Assembly (NCBI GenBank): GCA_965660795.1 | Contig: CBFIBF010000006.1 | Coordinates: 1-46,852, forward strand | From: Gammaproteobacteria bacterium | Lineage (GTDB): Bacteria; Pseudomonadota; Gammaproteobacteria; GCA-002705445; GCA-002716945 | Length of the DNA stretch: 46,852 nt | Direction of reading: 5' to 3' | Shown here: positions 30,943-40,827 of the stretch, in pieces | How positions within the stretch are numbered: position 1 is the first letter of the stretch | Layout of the letters: each line of letters starts with the position of its first letter | Made by a program: the position numbers and the translations under genes | Notes under the pieces: generated by a model | What the model was told of the DNA's origin: nothing | The model's input: the letters and a program-made list of their open reading frames with translations, nothing else | Database searches by the model: none

Positions 30943-30951
30943 ATGAATATA

Positions 30952-31782
30952 TTAGCTTATTTGATTATAAACTTCTTGCGCAAAGTCTTCGGATTTTTTC
31001 TCTAGTCCTTCGCCAACTTCATATCTATGATATGACAATATTTCATTATTTGTAATAATTTTAGTAAGAGTTGTAGATGGATCCTTAACAAAAGGTTGAT
31101 TTAATAATGTATTATCATTAATAAATTTCTTCATTTTACCATCGAGTATGTTTCTTTTAATATCCTCTTTCTTGTCTATTTTATCTAATTCCTTTTTATA
31201 AATTTCTCTTTCAGATATAAGCGCTTCCTCATCAAGCGATGATTCATCAAGCGCTAATGGGTTAGATGCTACAATATGCATACAAATATCTTTTGCAAGT
31301 TTCTCATCTGGATTTTTCAGCTCAACTATTGATACGATTTTATTATTATGGGTATACCCATAAAGATTATTGGTTTTATCAATTTTAAGATATCTTCTAA
31401 GTTTGATGTTTTCTCCGAGTTTAGATATCGACTCAGTGACAATGTTATTGATAGCATCCATGTTATCAGATTTTTCTTGATTCAGTAATATTTCAGCTAT
31501 AGATTCAGAGAGAGAAATAAAATTCTCATCTTTCGCAACAAAGTCAGTCTCTGAGTTTAATTCTAAAATGAGAATGCTTTTTGAATTTTCAAAATAGTTA
31601 ACTAAACCTTCAGCTGCTATTCTTGATGATTTTTTTTCTGCTTTCTTACCAGATTCAGTTCTAAAGAGTTTTACTGCATCATCAAGGTTGTTGTTTGTTC
31701 TTTCTAAATACTTTTTACAGTCAAGAATTCCTGCGCCAGTTATCTCTCTTAACTGTCTTACTAGTTTCAGTGAATCGCTCAC
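30952..31782 (-). CDS. tsf: Elongation factor Ts (GTG start)
   Basis: LREITGAGILDCKK, ELNSETDFVAK, LGENI, RYEVGEG. Confidence 0.98.
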   Translation of the reverse strand: MSDSLKLVRQLREITGAGILDCKKYLERTNNNLDDAVKLFRTESGKKAEKKSSRIAAEGLVNYFENSKSILILELNSETDFVAKDENFISLSESIAEILLNQEKSDNMDAINNIVTESISKLGENIKLRRYLKIDKTNNLYGYTHNNKIVSIVELKNPDEKLAKDICMHIVASNPLALDESSLDEEALISEREIYKKELDKIDKKEDIKRNILDGKMKKFINDNTLLNQPFVKDPSTTLTKIITNNEILSYHRYEVGEGLEKKSEDFAQEVYNQIS

Positions 31783-32604
31783 TTAATTATCCTCAGATGA
31801 GTTAGCTTTTTTTTCACTTACTTTTTTTTCAGAAGCTACTTTCTTGATATCAGTTGTTTTTAGAGATTTTTTAGCTTTAATAGATTTAGTATTATCAATT
31901 TTTTTTGTAGCTGACTCAGATTTTGCTGGTTTAGATTTAACAATAATTTCAGAAATAGATTTCATAAATAAATCGATAGAGGACATAGCGTCATCATTTG
32001 CAGGAATCATATAGTCGACACCATCAAAAGAATTATTTGAATCAACTAGTGCAATAACAGGAATGTTTAGCTTATTTGCTTCTTGTATTGCGATTCGCTC
32101 ATATCTAGTATCAATTACAAATAATGCATCTGGGAGTTTTGTTAAATTCTGAACACCTAATAGATTTTTTTCTAATCTGTCTATATCTCGCTTTAAATCA
32201 ATAATTTGCTTTTTCGAAAGTTTATAAAGTGTTTGATTTTTAAGTTTATTCCTAAGGTCCTCAAGTTTAGATATAGATTTTTTTATCGTGTTGAAATTAG
32301 TCAGCAAACCGCCTAACCATCTATTATTTACGTAAGGCATTGAAGTAATGTCAGAGTATTTTTTTACTATATCTGAAGCTGCGCGTTTAGTCCCAATAAA
32401 CATAATTTTTCCATTATTTGATACCAGTTTCTCAATGAACTTCGCTGCTTCGGTATATCTTTCAGAGCTTTTTTGAAGATTAATTATGTGAAGTTTTTTG
32501 TGTGTTGTATAGATATAGGGTGCCATCTTAGGATTCCAATACTTAGACCTATGACCAAAATGAACACCTGCATCGATCATGTCCTTGATTGATAATCCTA
32601 TCAT
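31783..32604 (-). CDS. rpsB: 30S ribosomal protein S2 with Lys-rich C-terminal extension
   Basis: AGVHFGH, WNPKM, RWLGGLLTN, IPANDDA. Confidence 0.98.
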   Translation of the reverse strand: MIGLSIKDMIDAGVHFGHRSKYWNPKMAPYIYTTHKKLHIINLQKSSERYTEAAKFIEKLVSNNGKIMFIGTKRAASDIVKKYSDITSMPYVNNRWLGGLLTNFNTIKKSISKLEDLRNKLKNQTLYKLSKKQIIDLKRDIDRLEKNLLGVQNLTKLPDALFVIDTRYERIAIQEANKLNIPVIALVDSNNSFDGVDYMIPANDDAMSSIDLFMKSISEIIVKSKPAKSESATKKIDNTKSIKAKKSLKTTDIKKVASEKKVSEKKANSSEDN

Positions 32605-32711
32605 GCCAAAATTACTCCAATAAAATTCATAAATTGTTGTATCATATTCGAGTGATTAGAACAACTATAAACTACTATTTTTTTTAATGATTTGATAACT
32701 TTTAAAATCCT

Positions 32712-33494
32712 ATGAATGAGTACATAAAAACCCCGGGTGAGATACAAAAAATGAGAGTAGCTGGTAAGCTGGCATCTGATGTTTTGATGATGATTAAGGA
32801 ATATATAAAACCAGGTGTGACGACTGGCGAACTAGACACTATATGTCACAATTATATTGTGGATAATCAAAAAGCTATTCCTGCACCACTAAACTATCGA
32901 GGTTTTCCTAAGTCAATATGCACATCAGTAAATCACCAAATTTGTCATGGAATACCATCAGATAGTAAAAAACTAAAAAATGGTGATATTGTCAATATAG
33001 ATGTAACAGTAATCAAAGACGGCTTCCATGGGGACACTAGTAGAATGTTCATAGTAGGTAAAACATCAATCCAAGCACAAAGGCTTTGCGAGGTAACACG
33101 ACAAGCAATGATAGAGGGAATAAAAGTGGTAAGACCTGGAGCTACTACTGGAGATATAGGTTTTGCTATTCAGAGTTATGCTGAAGCTAACAATTTTTCA
33201 GTTGTTAGAGATTATTGTGGTCACGGCATAGGCAAGAAATTTCATGAAAATCCACAAATACTTCATTATGGTAAAAAAAACACGGGCATAGAGCTTCATG
33301 AAGGAATGATTTTTACCATTGAACCTATGATAAATGTTGGTAATTATAAAACTAAAACACTTAGCGATGGTTGGACTGTTGTAACTCAAGATCATGAATT
33401 ATCTGCACAATACGAACATACAATTTTAGTCACAAAAGATGGTTCAGATATACTAACCATAAGACCCGAAGAGGATGAAGATGAATTCAAATAA
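32712..33494 (+). CDS. map: Methionine aminopeptidase type I
   Basis: CHGIP, DVT, GDTS, GHGIG..FHE, FTIEPMIN, SAQYEHT; divergent from rpsB. Confidence 0.98.
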   Translation: MNEYIKTPGEIQKMRVAGKLASDVLMMIKEYIKPGVTTGELDTICHNYIVDNQKAIPAPLNYRGFPKSICTSVNHQICHGIPSDSKKLKNGDIVNIDVTVIKDGFHGDTSRMFIVGKTSIQAQRLCEVTRQAMIEGIKVVRPGATTGDIGFAIQSYAEANNFSVVRDYCGHGIGKKFHENPQILHYGKKNTGIELHEGMIFTIEPMINVGNYKTKTLSDGWTVVTQDHELSAQYEHTILVTKDGSDILTIRPEEDEDEFK

Positions 33495-34620
33495 TGAAAC
33501 TATGAATGTTTTATCTGATTTGATTGAATTTGAGTCAGTAACGCCAGATAAATCAGGTTGTCAAAAATACATAGATAATTATCTGTCAAAGTTCGGCTTT
33601 GAAACAAAATATTTTAAGTATGGTGATGTGAATAACATGGTAGCAAGCCTAGGGGAAGGTAATCCGTGTCTGGCATTCATTGGTCATACTGATGTAGTTC
33701 CACCAGGAGAATTATCATTATGGAAATCAAATCCATACACACTCTCACATAATGATGGTCTGCTCACGGGCAGAGGCACTGCGGATATGAAAGGCGGTAT
33801 TGCATGTTTTATGACAGCTGTGAAAGACTATGTTCAGAATAATAGAGAAATAAATGGTTCAATTAGAATTATTCTCACAGCTGATGAAGAAGGTGATGCA
33901 ATTAATGGGATACGTAAAATTATTGAAGAGAAAGTCTTTCAAAAAAATGAAATTGATTATTGTCTCGTAGGAGAACCATCATCCTCATACGAAATTGGTG
34001 ATGTCATCAGAAATGGTAGACGCGGTTCAATCACAGGTCATCTAACCTTATTTGGCATACAAGGGCATGTCGCTTATCCAGAGAAAGCTGATAACCCTAT
34101 TCATAGCTCTTCAAAAATCATATCCAAGTTTCTTGATATTAAATTTGACAAAGGTAACGAATATTTTCCTCCAACCTCATTTCAAATATCAAACGTTAAT
34201 GCAGGAACAGGTGTTGATAACGTAATACCTGCTGATATAAAAATCGCATTTAATATAAGATATTCTACTGAGACATCTGCCGATGAAATTAAAAGCAAAA
34301 TAACAGACATTATAGAGAGCGAAGATATTAAATACGAAATTACTTGGAAACATTCAGGAGAACCGTTTCTAACCACAGATAAAGAGTTTATGAATATATG
34401 TAAACAATCAATCAAATCTACTACAAATCAAGATGTTATTGTAAGTACTAATGGTGGTACCTCAGATGGTAGGTTTATGGCAAAAGTATGCAATCAAGTT
34501 ATTGAACTTGGATTAACAAATCGCTCTATACATAAAATTAATGAGTCCATAAGGGCAGATGATTTAGAAAAGCTTAAGAATATTTATCAAAACATCTTAG
34601 TTAATATTTTTAAGAAATAA
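33481..34620 (+). CDS. dapE: Succinyl-diaminopimelate desuccinylase
   Basis: GHTDVVP, GRGTADMKG, DEEG, VGEPS, GRRGS, GHVAYP, GGTSDGRF, IHKINE; start uncertain (33475/33481/33502). Confidence 0.96.
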   Translation: MNSNNETMNVLSDLIEFESVTPDKSGCQKYIDNYLSKFGFETKYFKYGDVNNMVASLGEGNPCLAFIGHTDVVPPGELSLWKSNPYTLSHNDGLLTGRGTADMKGGIACFMTAVKDYVQNNREINGSIRIILTADEEGDAINGIRKIIEEKVFQKNEIDYCLVGEPSSSYEIGDVIRNGRRGSITGHLTLFGIQGHVAYPEKADNPIHSSSKIISKFLDIKFDKGNEYFPPTSFQISNVNAGTGVDNVIPADIKIAFNIRYSTETSADEIKSKITDIIESEDIKYEITWKHSGEPFLTTDKEFMNICKQSIKSTTNQDVIVSTNGGTSDGRFMAKVCNQVIELGLTNRSIHKINESIRADDLEKLKNIYQNILVNIFKK

Positions 34621-36181
34621 ATGAAGACTCTAATAGTTTTTGAGTGTATACATGCTTGGGTTTATCGAAAATCTCTTTTGCAGTCCCCTCTTCTACAATT
34701 GATGAATCCTTCATAACATATACTCTGTGACATAGTTTTTTAATTAAACTAAGATCATGACTGATGAAACAGTATGATAGATTGAATTTTTCTTGAAGGT
34801 TTATCAGAAGTTTAATGATATTTTCCTGTACTAAAACATCCAGCGCACTTGTAGGCTCATCAAGTATTAATAATTTTGGTTGAAGAACTAAAGCGCGTGC
34901 AATTGCTATTCTTTGTCTCTGGCCTCCAGAGAATTCTTGAGGATATCTCAATAACATATCTTCATCTAGACCCACTTCATTCATTACTTTCGTGCACATT
35001 GAATGTATGACTTTCTCATCATAAATATTTAACAGGTTAACAATACCTTCAGAAATAATTTGTTTGATAGTCATTCTTGGTGATAATGAAGAAAAAGGGT
35101 CTTGAAATATGATTTGAAAATTCTTTCTCAGTGATCTATCTTTACTTAGCTCATTCTTAGTAATATTTTGACAGATTTTTATTTCACCATCATATCCTAA
35201 CAAGTGCATTATCGACATTGCCAAAGTTGTTTTGCCAGATCCAGATTCACCAACGATTCCAACTGACTCTCCTCGATTAATATGAATATTGATGTTATTT
35301 AATGCTTGATAATATATTTTATTTTTTTTAAGAAGACTGTCTTTAGTTAAATATTTACAATTAAGATTTTTCGTTTCCAAAATATTTTCTGTTTTATCAA
35401 AATTTTCTTCGCGATATGATATTGATTTAATATTTACTAAACTTCTAGTGTACTCATGTTTAGGATAAGTAAATATTTTATCTGTAGTATCTTTTTCAAT
35501 CATAGACCCGTCTTTCATAACAGCGATAGAATCGCAATATCTCTTTATTAATTCAATATCATGAGAAATTAACATCATCGACATGTTCATGTCATTTTTT
35601 AAATTATTGAGTGTATCAAGAATTTGTTTTTGAAGTGTTACATCTAAAGCTGTAGTAGGCTCGTCGGCAATAATAATGCTTGGTTTTCTCAATACTGACA
35701 TTGCAATCATAAATCTTTGCCTTTGACCACCAGATATCATATGCGGATAGCTAGTTAATATTTTTTTTGTATCATTCAGACCAACAGCAATTAAGGCATC
35801 CCTAACATCACTAATATCTAAATTCTTATCTGATAGTTCAATGCATTCAACTATTTGAGAATGAAGACTTTTTACAGGATTAAGTGAAAGCATTGGTTCT
35901 TGAAATATCATAGAAATTTTATTTCCTCTAATATTATTTAATTCACTATCTGTGATGTTATTTATATTTTTATTATCTATAGAAATCTGTCCTGATGTTT
36001 TAAAAATTTTTTTATTTAATAATCCAAGCGTTGAGAGTGCCGTTAATGATTTTCCAGAACCGGACTCACCTACAATACCGAAAGATTCACCCTTTTCTAT
36101 TTCAAAAGATAAATTTTGAACTAAATTAACCCCTGTTGAAATTAATGAAATGTTCAACTTATCAAATTTAACTAAACTCAT
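34610..36181 (-). CDS. yejF: ABC transporter double ATPase, YejF-like
   Basis: Two GESGSGKS/T Walker A motifs, SGGQRQR, DEPT. Confidence 0.88.
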   Translation of the reverse strand: MSLVKFDKLNISLISTGVNLVQNLSFEIEKGESFGIVGESGSGKSLTALSTLGLLNKKIFKTSGQISIDNKNINNITDSELNNIRGNKISMIFQEPMLSLNPVKSLHSQIVECIELSDKNLDISDVRDALIAVGLNDTKKILTSYPHMISGGQRQRFMIAMSVLRKPSIIIADEPTTALDVTLQKQILDTLNNLKNDMNMSMMLISHDIELIKRYCDSIAVMKDGSMIEKDTTDKIFTYPKHEYTRSLVNIKSISYREENFDKTENILETKNLNCKYLTKDSLLKKNKIYYQALNNINIHINRGESVGIVGESGSGKTTLAMSIMHLLGYDGEIKICQNITKNELSKDRSLRKNFQIIFQDPFSSLSPRMTIKQIISEGIVNLLNIYDEKVIHSMCTKVMNEVGLDEDMLLRYPQEFSGGQRQRIAIARALVLQPKLLILDEPTSALDVLVQENIIKLLINLQEKFNLSYCFISHDLSLIKKLCHRVYVMKDSSIVEEGTAKEIFDKPKHVYTQKLLESSFIS

Positions 36182-37191
36182 GATGATTTTCCGCTTATGG
36201 ATTCTCTAATACCTTCTCCAATAAATATCAAAAGTATTAATGTGGTTACTAGGACAATAAATGTTGTAAGTGATAACCACCAGGCTGAAATATTATCTTT
36301 TCCTTGTGAGAGAAGTTCGCCTAAGCTAGGAGTTGTTGATGGAACACCTAATCCCAAGAAATCTAAGCTTGTTAAAATCAATATTGCTCCACTAATTCTA
36401 AATGGTAAAAATGTTACAACAGAAATAAGACTGTTAGGCAGTATATGTTTAATTATAATTTGCCAATCTGTAAGACCTAATGTTCTTGCTGCATTGACAT
36501 AGTCCATATTTCTACCTTTCAAAAATTCAGCGCGAACATAATCTGATAAACTTATCCAGCCAAATAGTGATAAAAGCACTATAAGCAAAAGAATGCTTGG
36601 TTCGAAAATTGAGGCAAATATAATTAAAATATATAACTCAGGCATCGAGCCCCAAATTTCTACAAATCTTTGTAAATATAGATCTACTCTGCCAGCAAAG
36701 TAACCTTGTATCGCACCAAAAAACAATCCTATAAGTATTCCTATCGCAGTAAGTGCTAGTGCAAATATAACTGATATTCTAAATCCGTACAAAAGTCTTG
36801 CAAAAACATCTCTTCCTCTATCATCCGTGCCTAAGATATTATCCATCGATGGCGGAGCCGGGTTAGGTGCTGTACTATTAAAGTTTATGGAATTATACGA
36901 ATGCGGATTAATTGGAAATATTGCCCAATTGTTATCATTGTTTAATAACTTCGAAATATAATGACCTTTATAGTCAGGAGATGTCTCAAAAACACCGCCA
37001 AAATCAACTTCTGTATACTCAATGACATATGGATAGTATATTTTGTCATTAATACTCATAATAATTGGCTTATCATTACTTATAATTTCTGCAAACAAAC
37101 TAACAATAAAAAGTATTAAAAAAATATAGAGTGAGTAAATACTTCTTTTACTTCTTCGAAAGTTTTTCCAAATTATAGAATAAGTGTCCAT
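36178..37191 (-). CDS. yejE: ABC permease YejE-like
   Basis: LGTDDRGRDV, RAEFL, LTSLDFLGLG. Confidence 0.9.
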   Translation of the reverse strand: MDTYSIIWKNFRRSKRSIYSLYIFLILFIVSLFAEIISNDKPIIMSINDKIYYPYVIEYTEVDFGGVFETSPDYKGHYISKLLNNDNNWAIFPINPHSYNSINFNSTAPNPAPPSMDNILGTDDRGRDVFARLLYGFRISVIFALALTAIGILIGLFFGAIQGYFAGRVDLYLQRFVEIWGSMPELYILIIFASIFEPSILLLIVLLSLFGWISLSDYVRAEFLKGRNMDYVNAARTLGLTDWQIIIKHILPNSLISVVTFLPFRISGAILILTSLDFLGLGVPSTTPSLGELLSQGKDNISAWWLSLTTFIVLVTTLILLIFIGEGIRESISGKSS

Positions 37192-38252
37192 TACAAGTTT
37201 TTTTCTGAATTAGATGATGAAAATTTTATTCTTGGATCAACATATACATACATAATATCTGTCAATAATTTAGTGAGTAATCCTAAAAGCGTGAAGATAA
37301 ATAATGTGCCCATTACAACAGGATAATCTCTTTGAATAATTGATTCATAAGATAATAAGCCAATCCCATCCAAAGAAAAAATAGTCTCTATAAGAATACT
37401 GCCCGTGAAAAATGCAGAAACAAATTGTGCAGGGAAACCTGTCAGGATCGGTATTATGGCATTTTTAAAAACATGAGAATAAAGGACTTTATTTTCACTC
37501 AATCCTTTAGCTCTAGCAGTTGTTGTGTACAACTTATTAATTTCATCGATAAAGCTATTTTTAGTCAACATTGTCATGACTGCAAAGCTTCCAATAATTA
37601 GACAAATTATTGGAAGCGTGATGTGCCATAAATAATCTAATATTTTTTCAAAGAAATTTAGATTTGACCAATTATCAGAAACTAGACCTCTTGTCGGAAA
37701 TAGATCAAAAAAACTTCCCCCTCCAAATAATACAATCAATCCTATACCTAAAACGAATCCTGGTATTGCGTATCCAATCAAGACTATAGAACTTGACACT
37801 AAATCAAATCTACTACCATCTTCCATAGCTTTTTTTATTCCAAGTGGAATACTGACTAAGTAGACAATTAAGAAAGACCATAACCCAAGACTAATAGAAA
37901 CAGGTAATTTGCTTATGATCAATTCACTAACACTTTGATTATGAAAATAACTGACTCCTAGATCAAAAAAAGCATAATTGCTAACCAGGATTGTGAACCT
38001 TTCAAAAAAAGGTTTATCAAATCCATAAAATTCATTTAATTGACTAATATGTTCCTCTGAAAGACCGTTTGAACCTCTATATAAATTTGACGATGAAGAG
38101 GATTCAGATATTGCATCTAAACCCGATAGCTTATTTACTAGCTGTTCTACAGGACCACCGGGTACAAATTGTATGATTAAGAATGTTAAGAATAAAATTC
38201 CAAGAAGAGTGGGAATCATTAATAATAATCTTTTTATAATATATAAAGTCAT
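37191..38252 (-). CDS. yejB: ABC permease YejB-like
   Basis: KRLLLMIPTL, QFVPGGPVE, YGFDKP, TARAKGL, VDPRI. Confidence 0.9.
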   Translation of the reverse strand: MTLYIIKRLLLMIPTLLGILFLTFLIIQFVPGGPVEQLVNKLSGLDAISESSSSSNLYRGSNGLSEEHISQLNEFYGFDKPFFERFTILVSNYAFFDLGVSYFHNQSVSELIISKLPVSISLGLWSFLIVYLVSIPLGIKKAMEDGSRFDLVSSSIVLIGYAIPGFVLGIGLIVLFGGGSFFDLFPTRGLVSDNWSNLNFFEKILDYLWHITLPIICLIIGSFAVMTMLTKNSFIDEINKLYTTTARAKGLSENKVLYSHVFKNAIIPILTGFPAQFVSAFFTGSILIETIFSLDGIGLLSYESIIQRDYPVVMGTLFIFTLLGLLTKLLTDIMYVYVDPRIKFSSSNSEKNL

Positions 38253-40024
38253 TTTGACGACCAGGTTTGTAATACATAATTTGTTGCTTGATAATATAGT
38301 GGTAAATTTTTGGGCATTTCGAATTGATTGTAGTAGGCTACTCTATGAGTATCTATATACCAGTTTGGGACCATATAATATTGATTCCATAAAATTCTAT
38401 CCAGTAACTTCGCAGAAACAAGCATTTGATTCCTTTGCTTTGAGTAAATTATGTTTTTAATGAGATTATCAACATCTTTATCTTTTATCCCAGGAAAATT
38501 AAATGCTCCATTTCTATTTGCACTATCAGATGAAAACATACTCATCAACTCAGACCCAGGTGACTGAGATTGAGGATAACTTACAACGGTCATATCATAA
38601 TCGTAATCATCTAGACGTTGTTGATATAAGGATAAGTCAACAGTTCTGTAGTTTAATTTAATTCCTAATCTTTTCAAATTATTCCTAAATGGTGCAAGAA
38701 TTCTTTCGAATCCTTTCTGCGCAAGCAAAAAGTTTATTATCACGGGTTTTTTGTTAGATGAATAGAGTTGACCATCGTAAATATAATATCCTGCCTTATC
38801 AAGAATTTCTTTGGCCATGATAAGAGAATTTCTATAATCAGCTGAATCTTTATTAATAGGTAACTTCATTTTAGGTTGAATTTTATGTGATGAGATTTTC
38901 AGCTCTTTTGCAAGCTCAAGCTCTTTGTCAGAAACTTTGATATCACTTTTCAACTCACTATTACTAAAATAACTATCAGATCTTAGATATTGTCCATAAA
39001 ACAGTTTGTTATTAGACCATTCAAAATCGAAAGCATAAGTAATTGCTTTTCGCAGATGAATATCAGAAAATAGGTCGCGTCTAGTGTTAAAGGCAAAACC
39101 TTGGATTCCAGTATTGTTTGAATGTTTTAATTCTGTTTTGATTATTTTGTTGTTTAAAAAATTAGGGCCATTATAGTCTCTTGCCCACCTTTTAGAATGA
39201 TTTTCATGTATGTAATCATATTCTCCAGCTTTAAAAGCCTCTAGAGCAACTGTCATATCTTTATAGTACTTGATCAATATTTGGTCAAAATTAAACATAT
39301 GTTTTCTAGTTGATAAATCTTTTGCCCAATACGATTTATTTCTGATATAAGTTATATTTTTTCCAATGTTAAAATCAGATATTATATATGGTCCACTTGT
39401 TATGGGAATTTTTTTAACTTCTTTAGAAAAATTATTTTTGTTAAGCCAATCTCTTGAGAAGATTGGAAGATCGCCTATTATCATATGAAGTTCAGGATTA
39501 ATTCTCTTAAATATAAATTTAATAGTCTTCTTATCTATTATTTCTACAGATTTTATATCATTCCAATAAATTCTATATTGAGGATGAGCATCTCTAGAAA
39601 CCAATAAATCATAAGAGTGTTTTACATCTTGCGCTGTTACTTCATTACCATTACTAAACCTTGCATTTTCATTAATAAAATATTTTACAGAAAGATTATC
39701 TTTTGACAGTTGATATGCTTTGGCAATTAATGGATAACTAGATGATGGTTCATCAAGGCTTCTAGTCATTAAGGTGTCAAACATTAAATTATTAATTTGT
39801 GCTGGTGATAACGATTTTAATAAAAATGGATTTAATGAATCAAAAGTGCCAAATGCAGAGAGTATAATTTTACCTCCTTTTTGAGCATCTGGATTAACGT
39901 AATCAAAGTGATTAAAATTCTGATATTTTGCCTGATATCCAATACTTATGGACGTATTCGCCTCAGTAAAGTTCAAAAGAACAAGAAATGTAAATATAAG
40001 GGTGATTACTTTCTTTAATATCAT
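38249..40024 (-). CDS. yejA: ABC substrate-binding protein YejA-like
   Basis: Signal peptide, HFDYVNPDA.KGG, GTFDSLNPF, AFDFEW, SPGSE. Confidence 0.9.
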   Translation of the reverse strand: MILKKVITLIFTFLVLLNFTEANTSISIGYQAKYQNFNHFDYVNPDAQKGGKIILSAFGTFDSLNPFLLKSLSPAQINNLMFDTLMTRSLDEPSSSYPLIAKAYQLSKDNLSVKYFINENARFSNGNEVTAQDVKHSYDLLVSRDAHPQYRIYWNDIKSVEIIDKKTIKFIFKRINPELHMIIGDLPIFSRDWLNKNNFSKEVKKIPITSGPYIISDFNIGKNITYIRNKSYWAKDLSTRKHMFNFDQILIKYYKDMTVALEAFKAGEYDYIHENHSKRWARDYNGPNFLNNKIIKTELKHSNNTGIQGFAFNTRRDLFSDIHLRKAITYAFDFEWSNNKLFYGQYLRSDSYFSNSELKSDIKVSDKELELAKELKISSHKIQPKMKLPINKDSADYRNSLIMAKEILDKAGYYIYDGQLYSSNKKPVIINFLLAQKGFERILAPFRNNLKRLGIKLNYRTVDLSLYQQRLDDYDYDMTVVSYPQSQSPGSELMSMFSSDSANRNGAFNFPGIKDKDVDNLIKNIIYSKQRNQMLVSAKLLDRILWNQYYMVPNWYIDTHRVAYYNQFEMPKNLPLYYQATNYVLQTWSSK

Positions 40025-40029
40025 CTTTG

Positions 40030-40043
40030 TATAATATATTATA
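40030..40043. promoter_or_regulatory. Palindromic candidate bidirectional -10 element between yejA and fabI
   Basis: TATAATATATTATA is a perfect 14-bp palindrome giving TATAAT on both strands within a 32-bp divergent gap. Confidence 0.55.
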
Positions 40044-40056
40044 TTACAAATATATA

Positions 40057-40827
40057 ATGAATCTTAAATCAAAAAACATACTCGTCACTGGTATAGCAAG
40101 TAATAGATCCATCTCATTTTCGATAGCAAAAATATTACATGATGCGGGAGCGAATGTAATAGTCTCATATCAAAACGAAAGATTAAAGGATAGAGTAATC
40201 AAGTTAACTGATGATATTGGCATAACAAACAATGCTTATCAGTGTGACCTCACGAATGATGATGAAATTCTAAATATGAGAAATGATATTATAGAAAAAT
40301 TTAATAATCTTGATGGCATTGTTCATTCCGCTGCATTTGCACCACGTGAACAACTCAATGGCAAGTATCTAGATAACATTACAAAAGAAGGATTTTTGAT
40401 TGCTCATGATGTCAGCGTCTTCACTTTTACAGCTCTTGCAAAAGCATTTCGTGATGATTTAAACGAAAAAGCATCTCTTATTACTCTATCTTACATAGGA
40501 GCAAATAAAGTTGTCCAAAACTATAATGTAATGGGGATAGCTAAGGCTAGTCTAGAAAGTAGTGTTAAATATCTTGCTGATTCTCTTGGTGAAAAAAATA
40601 TAAGAGTTAATGCAATTTCAGCAGGACCAATCAAAACATTAGCAGCTTCTGGAATTAGTGGATTTAATAAGATACTTGATATTTATGAAAGTAAATCTCC
40701 AATAAAAGCAAATATTACAAGTGAGGATGTTGCACAAACCGCCTTTTTCTTATTGTCTGATTACTCAACTGCTATTACTGGACAGACACTGTACGTTGAT
40801 AATGGTTTTAATATAATAGGTTATTGA
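40057..40827 (+). CDS. fabI: Enoyl-ACP reductase
   Basis: RSI, YNVMGIAKASLE, RVNAISAGPIKTLAASGI, ITGQ.LYVDNG; start set at ATG 40057. Confidence 0.97.
   Translation: MNLKSKNILVTGIASNRSISFSIAKILHDAGANVIVSYQNERLKDRVIKLTDDIGITNNAYQCDLTNDDEILNMRNDIIEKFNNLDGIVHSAAFAPREQLNGKYLDNITKEGFLIAHDVSVFTFTALAKAFRDDLNEKASLITLSYIGANKVVQNYNVMGIAKASLESSVKYLADSLGEKNIRVNAISAGPIKTLAASGISGFNKILDIYESKSPIKANITSEDVAQTAFFLLSDYSTAITGQTLYVDNGFNIIGY

Noticed and set aside
34610-40827. yejABEF next to fabI as a novel association
   Set aside because: This neighbourhood is common in beta/gammaproteobacteria
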